Positions 56,241-64,000 of a DNA stretch of 64,000 bases are shown here, one piece after another (positions within the stretch are counted from its first letter, which is position 1; the number at the start of each line of letters is the position of its first letter). The DNA comes from the human T2T-CHM13v2.0 reference genome, Homo sapiens. The DNA lies in assembly GCF_009914755.1 (NCBI RefSeq), contig NC_060926.1; one strand, 5' to 3'. The notes below the pieces were generated by a model. That model did no database searches. It had not been told where the DNA came from and saw only the letters and a program-made list of their open reading frames with translations. The translations under genes were made by a program, and so were the position numbers.

Positions 56241-56848
56241 CATCAAAGATACGTGATTCTGTTCTGCTGGGGTGCTTTTGGTTACATGCTTTTCTTCTAG
56301 GTTCTGGGTCATTGAAGGCCTTAACCAAACAAGGAAAGTCACGTTTGTTAGCTATGTAAGCGGTGTCTTCCATGGATATGGCTATCCTATATCCATAGCA
56401 ATGAGATATTTATAGCATTTAAAAAGTATATCTCAAAGGTGCTGCAGATCACATCTGAGGCAGGAAAAGCAAAAGCTCCAATACATATTGAAGGTTTTCA
56501 CAAGGTATGTCATCATCTCATTGCAATTTTAATCAATGTCAAAAGTAAAAGTGTCAGAAAAATTCTATCCTCTAAAACATTTCAATGGTAGATTAGTAAA
56601 TGGTAGGTAGAGGCCAAGGTCCCAGCTGGCCTTTCCTCATTAGGGGATGGTTCATGTGAGTTTTTGGGATGGGCACAGGATACAGTTGAGTGATCCAGGG
56701 CATCTATCCAGACAGAGGGGCAGGAGGAGCACAGCTTTATACATTGCTGCTTGGATTTGCTTTGTGTGAACAAAAGCTAAGGGGAGTGTGAACTTAAATC
56801 AAATGCTAGGATTGCTGAGGAGGAACCTACTAAAGTCAAATGTTTTAG

Positions 56849-57141
<293 letters not shown>

Positions 57142-57299
57142 AAATGTTTTAGGTTTCTTCTAATGTTTTTCAAATGTGCTTCTTGAATAGTGCAGTTGCT
57201 TTGGCTCTATGACCATTAAGAATCTTACAGAGACAACCTCACAGCTGGAGACTAGTTGGTGGCCATTTCCACCATGGACATGTGAAAGTGAATATAAAG

Positions 57300-57490
57300 C
57301 ATTACTTCTCATCCCTGGCTGCACCTTGTAATTACCTAGAGAGCTTTTAAAAAGAACACTGATGCCTGGGATCTAGAAAAAATATTTGAATATAATTGGT
57401 CTGGGATGGAACCAAGCTATCATTATTACTATTGTTTTTCCTCAAGTTCCTAGGAGTTTATTATGTACATCTATCGTTGGGAACTATGCC
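57300..57490. mobile_element. MER5-like hAT-Charlie element
   Basis: CCTGGCTGCAC...ACCTAGAGAGCTTTTAAAAA...CTGATGCCTGGG...TAATTGGTCTGGG. Confidence 0.7.
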
Positions 57491-57862
57491 CTATAACAAA
57501 TAAGAATCAACTAGATATAAGGTAAAGGGGTGCCCTAGAGGAGATATTGTTTATAAGAAGACAGTAGTATCCTCCCAGCCAGTGGCTGGAATTAGGAAAT
57601 TAAGTAATGTCTGACCAGGGTTGGTATGGCATTCAAAGCCTTCCACAGCCTGATTGTCACCCGCATTTTCAGGCTCACTTACTGCCAGTCACCCCTACAT
57701 CTTGCGATGCAATTACATAGGAGTATTCAATGCACTCCAAACATGATCCACATTTGTGTCATATCAACTCTATGCTCCCAACCTAAGACCTCTGGCTACA
57801 CAGCTTTGCACAGTGAGCACTTATTCACTTTATGAAGCAGATGTCAACAATCCTAGAAGCCC

Positions 57863-58050
57863 AAATTGCTAAGAGAGTAAATTTCAAATGTTTTCACCAC
57901 AAAAAATGTGAAGTATTTGGGGTAATGGGTATGTTAACTAGCTTGATTTAATGATTCCACATTTATTTCATGAATCCTGACAGTGCTGTGTACCCTAGAA
58001 ATTGATAAAATTATAAACTGCCAATCTGTGATTTTTTTTAAAAAAGAAAA
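57863..58050 (+). mobile_element. L1MA 3' end within L2 sequence
   Basis: AAATTGCTAAGAGAGTAAATTTCAAATGTTTTCACCACAAAAAA...TATGTTAACTAGCTTGATTTAAT. Confidence 0.85.
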
Positions 58051-58907
58051 ACGAAATCTCAGGCCAGCGTCAACCTCTCTCTGAGACACTCTCCTGGTAA
58101 CTGGCTTACACTTCAGAGAATGTGGTTGATGTTGAGTTGGTACCCTGGTCTCTTGTCCCTTGATTCAGTATTCCAAGTCTCATCTGCCCTGTGGCCTATT
58201 CCACAGTAGGCGCTTAATAAATGCACATTAAAGGAATGAATGCAAACAACATAGCTGTCATCTCTGAGGATGAACTATTTTTTTTCCTAATATGTTTTCC
58301 CATACTCCAATTACACACGCTATGAGCCTTTCAGTCCTTGAATGTTCTGGCTCGGAGGGCTCTTTGTCTCCTCTCACAGATGGGAAACTGAGCTTCTGAG
58401 AGGAGATATGCTTCTTCAACAACATCTCGATGGAATTGGAAAGAGGAATGTTAGACGTTTTCCTAGTTTTCATCGTTTTTCTTCCATTCCATGAAGTGTC
58501 CTCCTCCAGTGGAGCTCCTGACCATCATCTGTCCACAGGAGCGTGGTGCGCAATGTGCTCTTGCAGTGTGGATGCTGCAAGTGATCTAGGATGTTAATGA
58601 GCCCAGCTCACTTCTGTCCACCCCCAGGGCTTCAACTTCTACCCCACACCCAGACCTGCTGCATTCAGAGGTCTAGCATTGTCTTTGTTCACATAGCCAA
58701 CTGCCTACAGGGCACCTTCCCTGCCATTTTCCATAGAGCCCTTAAATGCCAGAAAGGGACTCATCATCTTCTTTTTAAATTCTTTCTCCTCATTCCCTAT
58801 CTCAGGAAATGAGACAGAAACATAGGAGTCATTCTAAGGCCTTCCATTTCCCTCACTGCCAACATCTAATTACTCACCAGGTCTTGCTGCTGCCACTTCA
58901 GAACCAC

Positions 58908-58930
58908 TTTTTTTTTTTTTTTTTTTTTTT
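58908..58930. repeat. Poly(T) tract, T23
   Basis: Uninterrupted T run within L2-like sequence. Confidence 0.9.
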
Positions 58931-60014
58931 CCCCAATTAGGGACCTGGTGCCATCATCTGGCTTCTTACAGCCTGGATCAATCTTTCTATTTGGGGATGC
59001 TTGTTATTTTTCCAATAAAGAGACTTTCAAAAAGTCAAAAAAGTGTGCCTCTTGCCTGGATTCACAGATGATTTTGAAAAGGATAATTACCTCTTCCATC
59101 TTCAGCTATGATTCTATTTTGGAATCCTCTTCCTCTAATTAAAAAAAACAACAACAACTCCTAATGCTATTTGAGTCTGAGTCATTTGTGCAGTGAAATC
59201 ACCAAAGCTGCACAAATAAACGTGAAATGCAGGACTCAGGCTCCCCTGGCCTCCCCCTGGGATTGGACATCCCCACAAGATGCAGATAGTAGTTCTTGTG
59301 GCACACTTTCCAGATCCAGACCCAAGGCAAACAAAGTATGCTGCATTTTGGGGCAATTTTTCCCCCAAGCTTCTCTTTCAAATGCTTAGAATAGCTTCTG
59401 GCATTCAATAAATGTATATTTTTCCTCCCTGCATGTATTCTCCAGGGATTTAAAAATATGCATAAATACTGCTTACGATATGACTAATGCCCTAAGGCCA
59501 TGAGCAGTGCCCAACTTTCACTCTAGTGAGCATGCAGAGATGTCACCTCATCTTCTTCAATTTCATTAGTCATCAAGGCGTCATAAAAGCTAGAGTTGGG
59601 AAGCCCGTAGGGACCACCAAGCATGACCCCTATTTATGCATGGGGAAATGGAGGTCACACACCTCATCAACATCAGTTATAAAGGGCACTGACTTTCAGA
59701 AACACACAACACATTAAATCTAGACCTTCCCCCTGGAAGAGCTAACCACAGACTGTTACATGTGGCATCAGTGAAGTCGCAGTTACTTTGGAAGCACCTA
59801 AATGCGTTCTGAATTGCCAGTCATGCTGCATATATGAGAGAGAGAAAGAACTGGTCTTGTTAGTTCAAAAGGAGGGGTCGGATCTCCATCAGATCCACAT
59901 GAAGGGCAGAGAAGAATGAGTCAGAGGCAGGCCCAGGTTCAGCAAAGGCCCAGAGTTTAGGAAGAAAAAAATTGTTGGGAGGAGACTGCATTGTAATGCT
60001 TCTATGCTCTTTTC

Positions 60015-60470
60015 GTATTCAGTTGACTTCAACAACATATTTTTTGATACCCAAAACCATCAGGTGCTGTGCAGGGCATGAAATGGATCATATGTAATCA
60101 CAAACGGTTGCAGCTTTGAGGGGCTCATAGATGATCAAGTAATCCTAGCACAAAATGGCCATCTTATAATGGAACTCACTGTGCGGTGCTGTAGAGGCAG
60201 AGGAGGGGCACTACTCCAGTCGGGGATATTCTGGAAGACGTCACAGTGGGTGACACTTGACTTGGGCACTGAAGGATGAGTAGAGTTTACCAGATGCCCA
60301 AGAAGGGAGAGGGTAGTTCAGGAAAAGGAAAGGTTTGTCCAAGGGCACAGGAGGGCAATGTGGTCCAGCATATCCCTGGAGTGTAAACAGTAGGTTTGAG
60401 GCAGGAGTGGGCGGTGCTAAGAGGTGAGACTGGGATGAGATGGTGCAGGAACTTAGACACTGGACATTGT
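60015..60470 (-). mobile_element. L2 fragment
   Basis: TGAAGGATGAGTAGAGTTTACCAG, CAAGGGCACAGGAG. Confidence 0.65.
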
Positions 60471-60559
60471 CATGAACTAATTAAGAGGCAACACCAACAC
60501 TGCCTCAGCAGAGGATGCTCCCCCTGTGTCTTATTGGAGTCGCCATGTTTGCTTGTCTC

Positions 60560-61325
60560 TTCTGCCCACAGCCTTCCTCCATGGGCATTATCATTCAGTT
60601 GCTTCCCAGAAAGCTGGGGATCATTTGGATTCATGTTTTCTCATCTTCTTTCATCCAACTCATCCCTAGGTCCTGTCCATCTCCCTCCCAAGTCTACCCC
60701 TATTTATCCACCTCTCTCAGGCACTGCTACCCCTTCATAGTCAGAACCACTACCACCTCTTGCTTAGCTGCAATCATCCCCCAGTGAATTTTCTTGCTTC
60801 CATTTATAGCTCTCCTGGTTTTGTCTGCTTGCACAGCAGACAGTGGTATCTTCAAAAATGCACTTCTGATCAGGTCACCATGCCACTTTTATTAAGGTAA
60901 CTTAGTGGCTTCTGGGTAAATAACTTTCAAACCCCTTCCTGTAGTCTGCAAGGTCTTGCCTTACTGACTGCTTTGGGTCATTCCACCACCCCAGCCTCCT
61001 CCCACCACTGAATGCCCCTCATCCTCGCTCATTCTTCACTCTGACAGTCCTTCCCCACCTTAGGATAGTCACACATGTTATTTTCTCTGCCATGCATGGT
61101 CTTCTCATGCTCTCATGTGGATCTCAGACCTCAGAACATGTTACCACTCAGAAAGGCCTGCCTGACACCACCCTTCTGTCCTACCAGTCTATTTTGCAGT
61201 GTCCATTTCTTGACAGCACTTATCACATTGTACACTAGTGTTTTTTAAACAATTTATTCTCAATTCCTAGTACAATGCTTGATGCCCAATAGTTGCTCAA
61301 TAAGTATTTCTGGAATGTGTGAATT
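60560..61325 (+). mobile_element. L2 3' region
   Basis: TCTGATCAGGTCAC, CACTCAGAAAGGCCT, TAGTTGCTCAATAAGTATTT tail. Confidence 0.7.
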
Positions 61326-61340
61326 GATCATATACCTTGC

Positions 61341-62668
61341 TGTGTCAGGCAGGGTTCTTTAGAGAGACAGAGCTAATAGGATATATATATATACCCATAT
61401 ATATATATACCCATATATATACACCCATATATATATACACCCATATATATATACACCCATATATATACACCCATATATACACCCATATATATATGCCCAT
61501 ATATATATACCCATATATATATATTCCCATATATATACCCATATATATATTCCCATATATATACCCATATGTATATTCCCATATATATATACCCATATGT
61601 ATATTCCCATATATATATACCCATATGTATATTCCCATATATATATACCCATATGTATATTCCCATATATATATACCCATATGTATATTCCCATATATAT
61701 ATACCCATATGTATATTCCCATATATATATACCCATATGTATATTCCCATATATATATACCCATATGTATATTCCCATATATATACCCATATGTATATTC
61801 CCATATATATATACCCATATGTATATTCCCATATATATATACCCATATGTATATTCCCATATATATACCCATATGTATATTCCCATATATATATACCCAT
61901 ATGTATATTCCCATATATATATATACCCATATGTATATTCCCATATATATATACCCATATGTATATTCCCATATATATATACCCATATATATATTCCCAT
62001 ATATATATACCCATATATATATTCCCATATATATATACCTATATATATATTCCCATATATATATTCCCGTATATATATATTCCCATATATATATTCCCGT
62101 ATATATATATTCCCATATATATATTCCCATATATATATTCCCATATATATATTCCTATATATATATATTCCCATATATATCTATATATATTCCCATATAT
62201 ATCTATATATATATATTCCCATATATATCTATATATTCCCATATATATCTATATATATATTCCCATATATATCTATATATATATATATTCCCATATATAT
62301 ATACGGGAGTTAATTATTAACTTACAGGATCACAAGGTCCTGCAATAGGCTGTTTGCAAGCTGAGGAGCAAGGAAAGCCAGGCCGAGTCCCAAAATTGAA
62401 GAACTTGAGGGCAGGAAGCATCCAGAATGGGGGAGAAAGACGTAGGCTGGGAGGCTAGTCCAGTCTCTCGTTTTCACGTTTTTCTGCCTGTCTTATATTC
62501 GATGGCAGCTGATTAGATTGAGCCCACCAGATTAAGGGTGGATCTGCCTTCCCAAGCACACTGACTCACATGTTAATCTCTTTTGGCAACACCCTCACAG
62601 ACACACCCAGGATCAATATTTTGTATCTGTCAATCCAGTCAAGTTGACACTCGGTATTAACCATCACA
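61341..62668 (-). mobile_element. MLT2A1-like HERV-L solo LTR containing an expanded minisatellite
   Basis: Minus-strand start TGTGATGGTTAATACCGAGTGTCAACTTGA; plus-strand GGGTTCTTTAGAGAGACAGAGCTAATAGGATAT at the other end; 5-bp TSD CTTGC / CTTTC. Confidence 0.9.
61381..62303. repeat. ~920-bp AT-rich minisatellite of (TA)n-CCC units
   Basis: 12-16-bp units; central 28-bp dimer ATACCCATATGTATATTCCCATATATAT. Confidence 0.97.
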
Positions 62669-63270
62669 CTTTCTAAAGGCAGATTTTGGTGGTCATGATT
62701 TATGGCATGCAACCTACGTGACAAGGTCTGAGCTAAGAGAAGTAGAGGTAGCTGGAAGGAATAGATTTGAAAGATATTCCATTGGCAGAATTGACATGGT
62801 GCCAATAGATGTGAATGATGAAGAGAAGGGAGTTGAAGATGGTGCTGTTTTCTGCTTGAACCACCAAATGATGGGCCCTTCTATAAGTTGAGCTCTTGAA
62901 TGAGGGATGAGTGTTATTGGAGTGGAGAGAATTGACCTGCATGTTCCACAACTCCCCCATACACGCCATTCCCCTCACCCAGGCAGGCTGCCCGTCCAGC
63001 TCTCACTCTCCCTCCAACAATTCAGCAATGCCCACCTCTAAAGCTCAGGCTATTCTCCAATTCAGATCGTCCCTGCACATTTTGACTGATTGACAGCTGC
63101 TTCATCTCTCAAGATTTATTTGATGTTCTCTTTTCTGCAGGAATTTCCCTTAAGCCCAGCCCTCTGACCAAGTGTTGCCCCAGGACTCTCATGTCATTTA
63201 GAAACAGGGACCATGGAGACATGTAGGTACATTCTATATACCATGCATGGTGTATAGAATTTCAAGACTT

Positions 63271-63427
63271 GGCCAGGTGTGGTGGTGCATGCCTGTAATC
63301 CCAGCTACTTGGAAGGCTGAGGTGGGAGAACTGCTCAAACCTGGGAGCGGAGGTTGCAGTGAACCAAGATGTCACCACTGCACGCCAGTCTGGGTGACTG
63401 AGTGAGAATGTCTTAAAAAAAAAAAAA
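63271..63427 (+). mobile_element. Alu right monomer only
   Basis: GGCCAGGTGTGGTGGTGCATGCCTGTAATCCCAGCTAC through A tail; TSD AGAATTTCAAGACTT at 63256-63270 and 63428-63442. Confidence 0.93.
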
Positions 63428-64000
63428 AGAATTTCAAGACTTGATCAATCATTTGTATATTTGTGTGTTGTAATAGAGACAAACTGTTTTGAGAAAACTC
63501 TTGGATTTTCCTTTTGGATAGACATTTGACCCCATTTTGCACAAAACACATGATCCTCTATTCTCCTAAATGTCTTGGATAGAGTTATGAGTTTTCACAA
63601 ATGAATGGAAACCCTACTATTTGCTTGTTTGGGCTTCTCCTTCAATCCATGACATAAAGCAATGGCATTTGAGGCAGTGAATTGAACCTTAATCCTTGAC
63701 TGCTTTATCAAAAGCCTGGATAATGGAAGTGATATTTATGAGGACTTGTTTGAAGGGCATGCTGTTTATCCCTTCCTCTAGTTGTGCTAATTTTTATTCC
63801 TGCATCAAGCTGTGCACTTGGACCATATGTTCTTAGTCCCCAGCAGAATTTTCATGCATTTTAATGTTATTTCCTTGGCTTACATCCAGAGATATTATAC
63901 ATAATGGCTTTATGAAAACTATTACTGTGTGGGATGTCTTTGAGGTAGTGTGCGTTAGGTCATTGCTCCAGCTTCCTTCTAGATGAAGCCTAGAGCAAGG

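Noticed and set aside
61337-62348. Longest ORFs (213-327 aa) as protein-coding genes
   Set aside because: They lie within a stop-poor minisatellite, are open in every frame and translate to low-complexity YI repeats

Overview
This is primate (probably human) non-coding genomic DNA, either a large intron or intergenic sequence. I found no credible protein-coding gene, structural RNA gene, CRISPR array or CpG island, and I cannot name a host gene. The window is a layered record of transposable elements: 15 Alus (J, S and Y types, many with clear target-site duplications, TSDs), old L1M and L1PA 3' fragments, many L2 and MIR fragments, hAT DNA transposons (two MER45-like, MER5-like, MER102-like) and solo LTRs (MLT1 types, LTR16-like, two inverted MER57, MER41B, MLT2D-like, MLT2A1). 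The ORF track is explained by repeats and chance; the longest ORFs (61.3-62.3 kb) come from a stop-poor minisatellite. Family and subfamily names come from my recollection of consensus sequences, not from a database search, and boundaries of old elements are approximate. The best leads are regulatory or mutational: (1) a MER41B LTR with an intact GAS site and a lost poly(A) signal, pointing into a cluster of inverted Alus; (2) an MLT2A1 LTR with DUX4-like and splice-donor motifs carrying a ~920-bp structured minisatellite; (3) a perfected quasi-palindrome inside an AluJ; (4) a probable short L1 3' transduction; (5) several palindromes at insertion or duplication sites. The sequence alone does not establish a new biological system.
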